Source: a virus
Taxonomy: Duplodnaviria; Caudoviricetes
Strand: one strand, 5' to 3'
Virus record (IMG/VR): IMGVR_UViG_3300028840_003357
Coordinates: 1-61,703 of that record
Length of the DNA: 61,703 nucleotides
Positions 26,746-36,631 of this stretch are shown piece by piece; the stretch's first letter is position 1, and the number at the start of each line of letters is the position of its first letter. A program made the position numbers and the translations under genes. The notes beneath the pieces were generated by a model that was given only the letters and a program-made list of their open reading frames with translations, made no database searches and was not told the DNA's origin.

Positions 26746-27639
26746 TCATCTCAACAATTCTCTGGTCAGAAAGTCTGCCTCTGTCTGGTCAAGTTCACCC
26801 GGATCGCCTTCACCTATCTCGTAGTTGAAAGCCTCTTTCCCCATTGCGATAACGGCATCACAAAGTTCCTCTGCCTTGCGTTGTGCCGGTGCTTCTGAAT
26901 CGAACATTGTGATCACTTCATCGAACCTTTTGACGAGTAAAATAAATTGATCGCGACTCCAATCTTGACCGAAGGTCGCCACGGATTTGTTCACGCCTAG
27001 TCGCCAGACATCTGTGACGCCCTCCGTGACGATGACCTTTCTTCTGTCTGGATCCATCTTGTCAAGACCGTAGAGGACTCTCTTTACGTCTGATCCGGGA
27101 CAGGTTCGATACTTGGCTCTTGCCTTGCCGGTTATGTCCCTGGCTTGCCAAGAAACCGTCCTGCCAAACTCGTCCTGTATGGGGACGATGATCGCCCAAG
27201 GGTATTTCCCTAGCGGACCTGTGTACTCGGCTTGCCACAGCCGAGTGACGGCTTCAGGATCGAAGCCACGTTCGGCCAGATAGTTCCAGTGCCGGGGAGT
27301 GATCTTTCCTCGGCCGGAAGGAAGAGCGACCTCTTCAAGTTCGCTTTCACCTTCCTCGCGGATCCGCGTTGGCGACACACCACCGCAGACGGAATCGACA
27401 AGGTCGGAGGCTTCTCTTCTCGTGCAGTTCAGCAGAAGCCTGAGCGTCTCGCCCAGGTTCTGCCGACCGCATTTGAAACACCTTCCGACTGGCACTCCTT
27501 CAGCGAAGCCGAGGTGGTATCCGCTGTCTCCACAGTGGGGACAGCAGACGTGGATCCACCCCGGCTTGTAATGCTTGTGCCTTTCCGAGGCCATCGGTAT
27601 CCCTCTGGTCCTCAGCAAGTCTGTTAGTGTCGTCGCCAT
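26746..27639 (-). CDS. DNA primase (Zn finger + TOPRIM)
   Basis: CPHC...CFKC, YLAERG, VTEGVTD, MFDSE, GDPG. Confidence 0.85.
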   Translation of the reverse strand: MATTLTDLLRTRGIPMASERHKHYKPGWIHVCCPHCGDSGYHLGFAEGVPVGRCFKCGRQNLGETLRLLLNCTRREASDLVDSVCGGVSPTRIREEGESELEEVALPSGRGKITPRHWNYLAERGFDPEAVTRLWQAEYTGPLGKYPWAIIVPIQDEFGRTVSWQARDITGKARAKYRTCPGSDVKRVLYGLDKMDPDRRKVIVTEGVTDVWRLGVNKSVATFGQDWSRDQFILLVKRFDEVITMFDSEAPAQRKAEELCDAVIAMGKEAFNYEIGEGDPGELDQTEADFLTRELLR

Positions 27640-27653
27640 ATTTCCTCCGCCTC

Positions 27654-27683
27654 ATTATAGACAGAAGGATGGCTGTTGTTCAA
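27654..27683 (-). promoter_or_regulatory. Sigma70-like promoter
   Basis: TTGAAC-18 nt-TATAAT upstream of the primase RBS (GGAGG). Confidence 0.45.
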
Positions 27684-29926
27684 CCTGCCATCTCCCTCAG
27701 GAGTTCGGTGAGAAGATCATCTGTCTCCACTTCCTTTCCGTCAAGGACGCTGGCCAACACCTTTCGCTTCCTGTCTATCAGCCTGGCGATCCTCTCTTCG
27801 ACGGTGTCCTTTGCGACGAGATAATAGGCGCCTACGCTTTCCGCTTCCTGACCGATCCTGTGAACCCTGTCTTCGGCCTGGTCGTGGTCGCCTGGCGTCC
27901 ACCACAGTTCAAGATGAACCGTGTTGCTGGCTGCCGTCAGCGTCAATCCTTCCTTCGCCGCCATCGTTCCGATGAAGAGACGGACGTCGTCATCTTTCTG
28001 GAAGGCATCGACAGCCGCCTGTCTATCCTTCTGAGAAACACTGCCGTCGACCTTGACAGCCTTCAGCGTTCTCTTTCCGGATTCGTCCGACCGAGTCCAG
28101 ATGCCGTAGTTGTTCATCAGCTCGTCGACGACGAACTTGTGATGACAGAACACTACCAGCTTCTCTCCGCTTTCCAGGAAGTCTTCGATCCACTGAAAGC
28201 ATCCCTTGAGCTTCCCTCTGACGGCCGCCTGCTTCAGCTCTTCGATCTTGGCCAAAGCGTTTTTCTTTTTCTTCGGATCCGTCATCGCCTGTTCCGCCAG
28301 CACCCTGACGTCGGCATCGATCGAGTCGTACTCTTTCCTGTTGGATATCTCCAGAGGAATGACAGACCTGACCTTCGGCGGCAAGTCTTTCATGACGTCC
28401 GCCTTCAGTCTGCGGATCATACAGGAGCCCACAAGCTTGTCGTGGAGTTCCTGAGTATTGGAAGCGCCGGAGAAGTCCCATCCGTATCCGTTGTGCTTCG
28501 CGTCGCAGTATCGCTGAAGGAAGTCCCATCGTCTGGGGAAGAGACTAGGAGCCACCAGCTGTGTCGGCTCGTATATCTCCAGCGGTCTATTCGTTATCGG
28601 AGTGCCTGTCAGGCAGATGACGTGATCAGCCATCCGGCACACCTTCTTGACCGCCTTCGTTCTCTTCGCCTTCCTGTTCTTGATGTAATGCGACTCGTCG
28701 ATGATCACGGTCTTCGGCTGGTTCTTCTTGATCCTGTCTGCCCAGTCGGAGAGGATATCGTAGTTGATGATCGCCACGAAGTCCCTGTTCTTCGACGCCT
28801 TCGCCTCACCTTTCGGCCGACCGTTTATGACGGCGATCTTCTTGGTGTCGGGAAGCCACGTCTCTGCTTCTCTCTGCCAGTTGATCTTGAGACTAGCAGG
28901 GCAGATGACAAGAGCAGGAAGTGCTTCAGGATTGAGCCTGAGCCATCCGAGCGCCTGTATCGTCTTGCCGAGTCCCATCTCATCACCAACGATTCCGTTC
29001 CCGTTGTGTTCGTCCAGCCACTTGACGCCATCCTTCTGGAAGCCGTAGAGGTCTTCGGTCCACTCCGGAAGCTTGGCGACCTTCGGTCTGGGTTCGGTGA
29101 TCTTCTTGTACCAATCCCAGACTGGCTTGTCGATCTTGAAGCCAAGGTCGGACAGCTTCTCCACGTTCTTTGGATCCAGAGCCAAGTTCCACCAGCGGTC
29201 CTGTCCGTTCCTGACGAACTTCGGCCGGCTGAGGTTCATCGCCCTGACCTTCGCGACAAGGTCTTGATCGTAGTCGAACCTGACTTCGATCTTGTCCCCA
29301 TCGACGTTGAATGTCACTCGCTTTTTCATGTCGTCTTGTCCAGCTTTCCGTGGATCCATGCCAGAAGGTCCACCGCTTCCCTGATCTGATCCGGATCCGT
29401 TATCGGTTTCTGATTGCTCATCCACGAGACGATCCTGCTCTTGATCTCTTCGTCCCTCTTCCGAGACTTCAATATCTCTTCGAGCGACGAGTGGATTTCG
29501 TTCACTCTCTGGAGCACTCTTCCTGTCAGATTGCCGGACATCATTCACCTCCTTTTCGATTTCGATTTCTTCGTTGACAGGTACCGAACTGAGCACACAA
29601 CTTTTCGGGATCCAGACCTTGTCGATCTTGATCTCGCTGACCATCCTCTTCAGCTTCTCCGCGTGTTCCTCGGTGAAGCCGAACGGGCCAAGGATGCTTT
29701 CGTCCCAGAAGTGCTGACCGCACTTGGGTCCGATGCCAACCAAGCGGCTGACCGGATGCGTCAGCTCTCTTCCACAGGCGACGCAGGTGACCAAGTCCCC
29801 TGTCGTGCCGTGGCCGTAGAGCTGAATTGCCTTGGCCGTCTCTCTGACCGGGACCGCGACAAAGGTTCTTGGAATGTCCCTCTGCTTCGCGATCCATTTC
29901 TTCACTTCGTATCTGTTTGCCTTCAT
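27680..29926 (-). CDS. SNF2/SMARCAL1-like helicase, in frame with an N-terminal DUF6011-like Zn-finger domain (internal start likely at 29329)
   Basis: DEMGLGKT, DESH, LTGTP, EGLTLT, QAEDRVHRIGQ; N-terminal CVACGRELTHPVS...GIGPKC. Confidence 0.85.
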   Translation of the reverse strand: MKANRYEVKKWIAKQRDIPRTFVAVPVRETAKAIQLYGHGTTGDLVTCVACGRELTHPVSRLVGIGPKCGQHFWDESILGPFGFTEEHAEKLKRMVSEIKIDKVWIPKSCVLSSVPVNEEIEIEKEVNDVRQSDRKSAPESERNPLVARRDIEVSEEGRRDQEQDRLVDEQSETDNGSGSDQGSGGPSGMDPRKAGQDDMKKRVTFNVDGDKIEVRFDYDQDLVAKVRAMNLSRPKFVRNGQDRWWNLALDPKNVEKLSDLGFKIDKPVWDWYKKITEPRPKVAKLPEWTEDLYGFQKDGVKWLDEHNGNGIVGDEMGLGKTIQALGWLRLNPEALPALVICPASLKINWQREAETWLPDTKKIAVINGRPKGEAKASKNRDFVAIINYDILSDWADRIKKNQPKTVIIDESHYIKNRKAKRTKAVKKVCRMADHVICLTGTPITNRPLEIYEPTQLVAPSLFPRRWDFLQRYCDAKHNGYGWDFSGASNTQELHDKLVGSCMIRRLKADVMKDLPPKVRSVIPLEISNRKEYDSIDADVRVLAEQAMTDPKKKKNALAKIEELKQAAVRGKLKGCFQWIEDFLESGEKLVVFCHHKFVVDELMNNYGIWTRSDESGKRTLKAVKVDGSVSQKDRQAAVDAFQKDDDVRLFIGTMAAKEGLTLTAASNTVHLELWWTPGDHDQAEDRVHRIGQEAESVGAYYLVAKDTVEERIARLIDRKRKVLASVLDGKEVETDDLLTELLREMAG
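29326..29544 (-). CDS. Nested small helical protein in an alternative frame
   Basis: AAGGAGGTG RBS, ATGATG start, stop overlapping the helicase-core ATG (ATGA). Confidence 0.55.
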   Translation of the reverse strand: MMSGNLTGRVLQRVNEIHSSLEEILKSRKRDEEIKSRIVSWMSNQKPITDPDQIREAVDLLAWIHGKLDKTT

Positions 29927-29943
29927 CCGCCTTTCCTTTCGTG

Positions 29944-30111
29944 TTAGAACCACGCGACAAGAATCAGGGCGGCGACGAGATGCCAGATGATGATCCAGCA
30001 AACCATCTCGATCCGCTTGTAGATTTTGATTGCGCGCCTGTCTTTTTCTTCCTGCTTCTGCCTCCTGTACTCCGAGTCAATAAGCAGACCATCGATGTTG
30101 AACCACGTCAT
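29944..30111 (-). CDS. Small C-terminally anchored membrane protein (55 aa)
   Basis: Translated by hand: MTWFNIDG...WIIIWHLVAALILVAWF; RBS GGAGG. Confidence 0.55.
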   Translation of the reverse strand: MTWFNIDGLLIDSEYRRQKQEEKDRRAIKIYKRIEMVCWIIIWHLVAALILVAWF

Positions 30112-30629
30112 TGTCTTGCCTCCCTCAGTATCTGAGTTATGCGAGCGAAGGCGATGGCTATCTCCTTGTCGCTGTATCCCTCTTGCCTCAGGACAGCCTT
30201 CGCACCTCTCTTCAGTGCTCGCGGTCTCATCGAACCAGCTTCCTCGATCACTTCGACGTATGACTTCAGCAAGACGTCTATGATCGAGCCGACTTCGTCT
30301 CTGATGTAGCCTTTCAAGTCATTCCATTCGACCTCTGCCTCGACCGTTATCGGAGAGACTCTTTCGTCTGGATCCTCGAAGACCGCATCGACGTGATCGT
30401 GCTTGTTCAGGTACTTGATGATCATCTGATTGCAGATGGTCCCAAGTAATGAGCTGAACTTCGCACCTCTGGCTTTGACGAACTTCACTGTGCATTCCAT
30501 GAATGCTTCGTGACAGACGCCAAGCAGGTCGGAGAACTCCCTGCCGCTAGTCTGAGCCCACGACCAGGCGCGGTTGGCTAGCAGCAGTTTGTTCTCTTCG
30601 TAATACTGTTCCCTCGTTTTTCGCGGCAT
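30108..30629 (-). CDS. Sigma factor-like protein
   Basis: Region-2-like DLLGVCHEAFMECTVKF...AKFSS; C-terminal GYSDKEIA HTH-like segment. Confidence 0.6.
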   Translation of the reverse strand: MPRKTREQYYEENKLLLANRAWSWAQTSGREFSDLLGVCHEAFMECTVKFVKARGAKFSSLLGTICNQMIIKYLNKHDHVDAVFEDPDERVSPITVEAEVEWNDLKGYIRDEVGSIIDVLLKSYVEVIEEAGSMRPRALKRGAKAVLRQEGYSDKEIAIAFARITQILREARQ

Positions 30630-30799
30630 CAGTAATTCATCCTCCCCTCATCTTTCATGTGCTTGCGAAGGATTCTTTCCAGACCGTCCTTGATCTTCTC
30701 ACCCCTGGCCTTGCACCTTCCTGCGAAGGAGTTCCAAACGTCAGCCGGGAAGTCCGGCACAGATATTGTCTTTCGTCTTTCTTTGGTCTTGTTCTTCAT
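30629..30799 (-). CDS. Ribbon-helix-helix-like small DNA-binding protein (56 aa)
   Basis: Translated by hand: KTISVPDFPADVWNSFAGRCKARGEKIKDGLERIL; coupled on both sides. Confidence 0.55.
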   Translation of the reverse strand: MKNKTKERRKTISVPDFPADVWNSFAGRCKARGEKIKDGLERILRKHMKDEGRMNY

Positions 30800-31125
30800 C
30801 GTTCTGCCCTCTTTCTACTCTTCATCACTCCTGTGACTTTTTTCACCTTGCGAAGAACCAGCACCTCACTGGTCGCACTTATCTGATACCTCTTTCCCTT
30901 GCCTTTCAGCTCGACTTCCTTCCCCGTCTTGCTGTCGGTGAATATCCTGGTGCGTCCCTCGCCCTCCTGCACCAAGGCACCGCAATCGTTGACGCTGATG
31001 ACTGTGAGAACCTGTCCGTTCGAATGGACCTTGATCCTCATGCCCGGAGCGAGTCTGCCTCTGTTCTTGACCCACTGCTCAGTCGCCTCGGTCTTGCTTT
31101 TCATCCTCGACTTTCTTGGCATCAC
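30796..31125 (-). CDS. Hypothetical basic beta-barrel protein
   Basis: Coupled ORF with RBS. Confidence 0.6.
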   Translation of the reverse strand: MMPRKSRMKSKTEATEQWVKNRGRLAPGMRIKVHSNGQVLTVISVNDCGALVQEGEGRTRIFTDSKTGKEVELKGKGKRYQISATSEVLVLRKVKKVTGVMKSRKRAER

Positions 31126-31415
31126 GCCTCCTTTCCCAGACCGTACATCATCCAGCTTCGGGACAGCCTTGCGGCGTCCTTCAGATCGAAGCCAAGGTCT
31201 CGCCTGAGGATCCTCACAAGAGCGGGAAGGCTCTTGCCATGACCCTTTCGGTCGAGTACTTCCTTCGCATTCTCCTCCCGTATGGCCGCGAGATCGACAT
31301 CCTTCTCCCAGTCCTCTTCAGGGACGGCTTCATGGACATCCTCATCGGCCGGAGGCTTGGATAACGCCCCGGTTGTAAGGGTTTCCACCGTAGTGGGGTT
31401 TCGGTCTTTCCTCAT
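31122..31415 (-). CDS. Hypothetical protein
   Basis: AGGAG RBS; coupled to the downstream gene. Confidence 0.6.
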   Translation of the reverse strand: MRKDRNPTTVETLTTGALSKPPADEDVHEAVPEEDWEKDVDLAAIREENAKEVLDRKGHGKSLPALVRILRRDLGFDLKDAARLSRSWMMYGLGKEA

Positions 31416-31476
31416 CGGTTTCTCCTTCCTGGGGTGGGGATAGCACGAAGGCCATCTCCACCCCGGTCTGCTTCTC

Positions 31477-32244
31477 CTAGTCCGTCTCGATCTGGCGAGC
31501 CTTCACCGGAGCGATGAACTTCGTCTTGGCGTTCCGCTTGCCGATGCTGTCGACGGTTTCTATCAGGTCGGCTCTGATCTTCTCAACCGGTACTGACTTC
31601 AGCACCTTCTTGGCGATCTTGGTCTTCGCCTTTTCCTGATCCACTTTCTTCATCTTCTTGACCGCCTGCTTCGCCTTGTCCCTGGCGTCCTTCATGACGG
31701 AGCTGAGTTTCTCCGAAGTGTCTTCGGGAAGCATCCTGTCCAAGCTCTTCATCTGACCGAAGAGCTGGCGGAGTTTTCTGACGTCGCCGTCGTTGATGTA
31801 CTCGGCCATCTGCTCCAGGAGTTCCACCGCCTTCCTGTAGAGGGCCGCGGCGATCCTGTCGTCGCTTGAGGATATCTGGAACACCGCGAAGTCCACCGTC
31901 AGCCTGGTGAGCCTTGCCTGCTTGTTGTAGACCTGAACCTGGATCTCGATGTCCTTCAAGGTCTCTTCCAGTTCCTTCCCCTTCGCGATCGGCACGAAGT
32001 ATCCGAAGTGGTTGATGAAGGTGCCAAGCTGTCCGATCTTCCCGTTCAGCCTTGCCCGTTCCGTTCTGACCGCGGTGTTCTCCTTCACGTTCTTGACGTG
32101 CTTGTGAGTACGCCAGTCCGCGTCGAACTTGTTGTCGCCCATCTTCTGAGTGCGTTCCCTGGTGACGTAGGTGACACAGCCTGATGCGTAAACCTGACCG
32201 ACTACCAGATAACCGGGGTTGATGTATCCTTTTTTCTTCGCCAT
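31477..32244 (-). CDS. Hypothetical helical protein next to the AAA ATPase
   Basis: AGGAG RBS; codon usage like neighbouring genes. Confidence 0.7.
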   Translation of the reverse strand: MAKKKGYINPGYLVVGQVYASGCVTYVTRERTQKMGDNKFDADWRTHKHVKNVKENTAVRTERARLNGKIGQLGTFINHFGYFVPIAKGKELEETLKDIEIQVQVYNKQARLTRLTVDFAVFQISSSDDRIAAALYRKAVELLEQMAEYINDGDVRKLRQLFGQMKSLDRMLPEDTSEKLSSVMKDARDKAKQAVKKMKKVDQEKAKTKIAKKVLKSVPVEKIRADLIETVDSIGKRNAKTKFIAPVKARQIETD

Positions 32245-32313
32245 TGTTCTTCTCCTTTTGCGGGGGCAGGATCGGCCCTGCCCCCAGATTCACTTCTCAC
32301 TTTCTTCGACGTT

Positions 32314-33831
32314 CTACTCTATCGCTCTTCCCTTTTTCTTGCTGCTGGTTTCAGGAGCTGTCGCGAGGCGGGCTCTTCCCTTCGCCCACTTCCTGATCTC
32401 CTCCAACTTTTCCGCCATCGTCTTGGACAGGGGAACCCTCTTCCCGAACGCGTCCACAACGTCCTTCGTTTCCACCTTCCTTTCGCCATCGGCGAAGGCC
32501 GCGAACATGGCATCGATGAACGCCTGTTCGATTTCAGCACCCGTGTTCCCATCGCTGGCATCTGCCACCGCTTCTGGATCCACGTTCTCGCAGTTGTTGA
32601 ACTTCGCCATCATGACTTCGGCGATCTGTGCCCGTTCCTTCAACGTGGGAAGATCGACGAACCAGATGTCGTCCCAGCGTCCTGCGCGGAGGAACTCCGG
32701 AGGCAGACCGCTGATGTCGTTCGACGTGGCGATGATGAACACGCCTTCCTTCCTCTCCTGCATCCAGGTGAGAAGCTTGCCGAAGACTCTTGACGATGTA
32801 CCGCCGTCGGTTTCGCCGCCGCCCTGGCTGAAGCACTTCTCTATTTCATCGATCCAGAGAATGCACGGGGCTATCGCTTCCGCGGTATCGAGTGCTCTCT
32901 GTATCTTCGCTTCGCTGTCGCCCACGAACTTGCTGTAGAGACTTCCGACGTCCATTCTGATGATCGGAATTCCCCAGGCGGCCGCGACGCACTTGGATGT
33001 CAGGCTCTTGCCACCGCCGGGCATCCCCGTGACGAGCATTCCCTTCGGCGCCGGCAGTCCGTAGTCTTTCGCCTTCTGTGTGAAACCCTGACGCCTTTCC
33101 ATCAGACATTTCTTCAGCTCGTCCAGACCGCCGATGCCGTCCATTCCTCTTGGATCCGGCTCGTACCATTCCAGCCCGGAACCCTTGACGACGCGTTCCT
33201 TCTCAGAACTGATCAGCTTGGGATCGAAGACCCCTTTCGCCGCGATCGATCTGGAGAGTGCACCTGCGCCCGCTTCCGTGGTCAGACCGAGCATCGCGGA
33301 GACGACCTTGTTCCTGTTGTCGTTTTCCTTGACCGCCTTGACCGCTTTGTCGGGAACGAACTCCAGGAAGGAATCGAGGACTGACTCCATCGTTTCCCTG
33401 TCAGGCATCTTCCACTCTATCAGCGAGACGCCGATGAGTTCTTCGGGCGGTGCGGATGCGTCCACCACTATGACCTGCTTGGCGTTCTGCTTCTCCAGTG
33501 TCGTCAGCTTCCTGTGAACGTCCTTCGCTGTGCGAAGGGTCATCGGGTCTTTCAGCCAGCTTCCCAGATCCAGGAACACTGCCGTGATCCTTCCGCTCAT
33601 CTGTGCGAGCGTGGTCAGTGCGGTGGAGGGATCGCGAGTCTGTGCGTTGGTGGCTTCCTCGTTTCCGACTTCCACCAGACCTCTTGTCGCGGTCCATACC
33701 ATCGTCTTGTAGTTCAGCTGTCCGGCGACCTGAGTGATCGCGTTTTCAACCCTGATTTCTTCCGGCGTCTGCACCCAGCAGATACCAACCTTCGCCCGCA
33801 TCGCTATCTCAAGTTTCTGTTCTTCCTTCAT
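32314..33831 (-). CDS. Ycf46-like AAA+ ATPase
   Basis: T.EE.R N-domain, IGGL..LK, GMPGGGKS, WIDEIEK, TSND, LPPEFLRAGRWD. Confidence 0.9.
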   Translation of the reverse strand: MKEEQKLEIAMRAKVGICWVQTPEEIRVENAITQVAGQLNYKTMVWTATRGLVEVGNEEATNAQTRDPSTALTTLAQMSGRITAVFLDLGSWLKDPMTLRTAKDVHRKLTTLEKQNAKQVIVVDASAPPEELIGVSLIEWKMPDRETMESVLDSFLEFVPDKAVKAVKENDNRNKVVSAMLGLTTEAGAGALSRSIAAKGVFDPKLISSEKERVVKGSGLEWYEPDPRGMDGIGGLDELKKCLMERRQGFTQKAKDYGLPAPKGMLVTGMPGGGKSLTSKCVAAAWGIPIIRMDVGSLYSKFVGDSEAKIQRALDTAEAIAPCILWIDEIEKCFSQGGGETDGGTSSRVFGKLLTWMQERKEGVFIIATSNDISGLPPEFLRAGRWDDIWFVDLPTLKERAQIAEVMMAKFNNCENVDPEAVADASDGNTGAEIEQAFIDAMFAAFADGERKVETKDVVDAFGKRVPLSKTMAEKLEEIRKWAKGRARLATAPETSSKKKGRAIE

Positions 33832-34361
33832 GATCTTTCCTCCTCGTTTTCCTTGCCTTCGTATTCCGCTATCCTCTTCAGCAGGTCATTCCTGCTATCC
33901 TTCACTCTGTCGAGGTACTGTCTCTCCGCCTCGCTCAGACTTCCTTTCTCTTCGTACGACCTGATGGTCTCGTTCCTTCTCTCCAGACTCGACTTCGCCT
34001 CTTCGTAGTCCGCCTTTCTCGGATCCGCGAAGATCTCCTTCCTGCCTTCGATGAACTTCTCGATGGCGACCTTCAGTGCGGTGTGCGCTCCGTTGAGCAT
34101 CGCGTCGATGATCGCCTTCCTTTCCACCCACGTCCTGCCGGCGTCGTAGATTCTGTCGGCGAGCATGTCGCTGAAGAAATCCACATCGTTGTACAGGTTG
34201 TCCGCCAGGGCTCCTTGCGGGTCGCCGCAGACCGGAATATCGAGTTCGCCAAAGTTGGGTCCCTCGACTGCTTCCATCGCGACTTCGCCGCAGGCTGTCT
34301 CTATATCAGAAACGATCCTGCGTGCCATATCTTCCGGTGTCTGATCCGAACGATTTCTCAT
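33828..34361 (-). CDS. Hypothetical protein
   Basis: GGAGG RBS; coupled to the AAA gene. Confidence 0.65.
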   Translation of the reverse strand: MRNRSDQTPEDMARRIVSDIETACGEVAMEAVEGPNFGELDIPVCGDPQGALADNLYNDVDFFSDMLADRIYDAGRTWVERKAIIDAMLNGAHTALKVAIEKFIEGRKEIFADPRKADYEEAKSSLERRNETIRSYEEKGSLSEAERQYLDRVKDSRNDLLKRIAEYEGKENEEERS

Positions 34362-34375
34362 GACTGATCTTCCTC

Positions 34376-34645
34376 CTAGTGTCCGTGCCCGAACGTGATC
34401 CCCTGTTCGACTGGAACTGCGACCGCGACCATGCGTCTGATCTCGAAGTCTTCGCTCTGGCGGAGCTTCCTGATCGCGCAGGCGTCGCACCAGCCACCGC
34501 GTTCTTCCCATCCCTCGATCGAGACCGTGTTACCGATCTTCATGATCTGGGCCGACTTGTTCTTCAGGCGTTCTTCCAGCGCCTTCATCTGGCGTTCGCG
34601 TTCCCGCTGTTCCCTCTCTTCTCTGCTGATAGTATCGCAAGGCAT
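34376..34645 (-). CDS. Small Cys/His-containing protein (MPC...CDAC...HGH)
   Basis: AGGAG RBS; potential metal ligands. Confidence 0.65.
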   Translation of the reverse strand: MPCDTISREEREQRERERQMKALEERLKNKSAQIMKIGNTVSIEGWEERGGWCDACAIRKLRQSEDFEIRRMVAVAVPVEQGITFGHGH

Positions 34646-34702
34646 CTTTCTTCTCCTTCTTGGAGGGGCTGGCTGATTCCAGCCCCTCGGTTCTTGCTTC
34701 TG

Positions 34703-35680
34703 TTAGTCGATCGCGTCGATGATGTCGAGCGCGACGTCGTTTTTCTTCTCGTCCTTGATGCGAAGGTGACTGAGCGTGATCGTCCCCTTATCGTCATCGT
34801 AGTGGACTTCGACCGAGCCGTTCCTTCCATCGATGTGGTAGTGCGTCACGGTGTAGGTGCCCTGGTACCGGTTCCTGTAGTCGTAGCGAGACTTCTCTTC
34901 CTTCTCGACCCTGACTTCCCTGCCGGTGATCTTTTCGATCGCTGCCTTGTCGCCATCTTCCTTTTCTTTCTGTTCCTTGACGGCCTCGATCTTCCTTTCA
35001 GCACTGGCGACCTTGATCCGGACGTGTTCTTCCAGGTTCTTGACGACGGTCGTGATCTTCTTGGCGTTGCCGCCGATCTTGTTGTACGACTGCGTCAGCT
35101 TGAAGTACCATCCCGTCGCCCTGGCCCTGTAGCTGTTGCTGTTGTAGGTTGTCTCTCTGCGAATGTCGAATTCGAAGTCCAGCTTGTTGCCGTTGCTGAG
35201 CTTGACCGAGGTCGTCACCTTCACCGCGTTGTCCCTGTACCACGACTTGTCATTCTTGAGAGCGTCCTCCAGCTCCTTCCTGGTGGTCATCAGCTTGACC
35301 TTGTAGTCGGCTCCGAGCATCTGCTGGACTTCCTTCGCCATTCCGTGAAACCATCCCTTATCGAATGCCTCCAGCGTTTCGGCGATGCGCTTCTTTTCCT
35401 CTTCCGCTTCCTTCGCTTCCAGGATCGACTTGAACTTCAGTTCGATTTCGCTGGTGTCCAGCTCGATGCCGAGCGCCTGGAGCGTTTCGTCGTCAAGCGT
35501 CTTGAACCTGACCGGATACAGATAGTCATCCTGGTTCTCATCCTGACGCTGGTTGTACGGTGCATACTGCCTGGAGATCGTGAAGCTGTGATCGTTCTCC
35601 ATTATCGTCGCGATCCCCTCCGCGCTGTTACCCTTTTCCGACATCTCCATTCCCTTCAGTTCTGCTTTCACTTTCTTCAT
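34703..35680 (-). CDS. Hypothetical early protein
   Basis: 325-aa ORF with AGGAG RBS. Confidence 0.7.
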   Translation of the reverse strand: MKKVKAELKGMEMSEKGNSAEGIATIMENDHSFTISRQYAPYNQRQDENQDDYLYPVRFKTLDDETLQALGIELDTSEIELKFKSILEAKEAEEEKKRIAETLEAFDKGWFHGMAKEVQQMLGADYKVKLMTTRKELEDALKNDKSWYRDNAVKVTTSVKLSNGNKLDFEFDIRRETTYNSNSYRARATGWYFKLTQSYNKIGGNAKKITTVVKNLEEHVRIKVASAERKIEAVKEQKEKEDGDKAAIEKITGREVRVEKEEKSRYDYRNRYQGTYTVTHYHIDGRNGSVEVHYDDDKGTITLSHLRIKDEKKNDVALDIIDAID

Positions 35681-35788
35681 TGTTCTTCTCCTGTGTTCGT
35701 TCTTGGTTCGTTCTTTCTTTCGCCTTGTTCTTCCGCCTTCTTGTGGGGACGACCAGGTGGCCGTCCCCGCCTCTTTCTATCCTTTCAC

Positions 35789-36370
35789 TCAGTCTTCAAT
35801 CTTGTCGCCGACCCTGAACGATCCTCCGCCGAGGTCTTCGACCTTCCTCCAGGCGACTTCGTTGTCGCCCCACTTGCGCCCTCTTTCCTTCCTGGCTATC
35901 ACCTTCCCCATCCTGTACCTGTATCCTCTGGTGAAACCGAGGTTGCCAACCACTTCCACGTAGTCGACGTTCTCTATCCTGCGCGGATAGTCTTTGCTGT
36001 AGCTCTTCCCGAACGCCTCTGCCGCGTCGGTGATCTGGAAGCCGGCGACGATTGTTCTCTTGCCGGACTTCCTCACGATCCAGACTGTGACGTCCGCATC
36101 GAGGATCCTCAGTGCCTCCAGGTTCTCCTGATAGACCCTGGGGCATGTTCCCCACCACTTCTGTGTGTGGTTCTGGATCTGCGGCTTGATCGTGTACTGC
36201 CCGCCGCATTCGTACACCGGTCCATTCTTGAAGTACCGGGTGGCCTCCTGCTCGGGCTGAACCTTTGCGATCGGCGCCTCGCAGATCGGACAGGTCTCCG
36301 GAAAGACCATGTCCGCTGTCCGATCGATTGCGATCCAGCGTTCTTCGTAGATGTTGTTTCGTCCTTTCAT
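35789..36370 (-). CDS. Hypothetical early protein (CPIC...C...C)
   Basis: GGAGG RBS; Zn-ribbon-like cysteines. Confidence 0.65.
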   Translation of the reverse strand: MKGRNNIYEERWIAIDRTADMVFPETCPICEAPIAKVQPEQEATRYFKNGPVYECGGQYTIKPQIQNHTQKWWGTCPRVYQENLEALRILDADVTVWIVRKSGKRTIVAGFQITDAAEAFGKSYSKDYPRRIENVDYVEVVGNLGFTRGYRYRMGKVIARKERGRKWGDNEVAWRKVEDLGGGSFRVGDKIED

Positions 36371-36382
36371 ACTTTCTTCCTC

Positions 36383-36631
36383 CTAGTCGTTGTACACCTT
36401 GACGGTGTGGGTTCTGTTGCTGACTCTGTAGCTGACGCTTATCGTTTCTCCTTCCTTGTTCTGGTGGACGCCGTCGCAGTCGTAAGCGAAGGTGCCCTGG
36501 TTATTTGTTCTCAGTTCGAATTGCTTCGGCCACTGTCCCGGTGGCAGTCCAAGGTCACTTGCGAAGACTGTCATCAGACTTTCGCTAATGACCGTGAACC
36601 TTTCATCCAGTTCGTACGATAGCATGATCAT
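36383..36631 (-). CDS. Hypothetical early protein
   Basis: AGGAG RBS; ASDLGL..GQWP motif. Confidence 0.6.
   Translation of the reverse strand: MIMLSYELDERFTVISESLMTVFASDLGLPPGQWPKQFELRTNNQGTFAYDCDGVHQNKEGETISVSYRVSNRTHTVKVYND

Noticed and set aside
34379-36622. 747-aa + strand ORF (also 20775-22256, 27575-29389, 38361-39527, 48046-49122)
   Set aside because: Antisense shadows of well-supported genes; no recognisable motifs, and the codon bias makes reverse-strand stops rare
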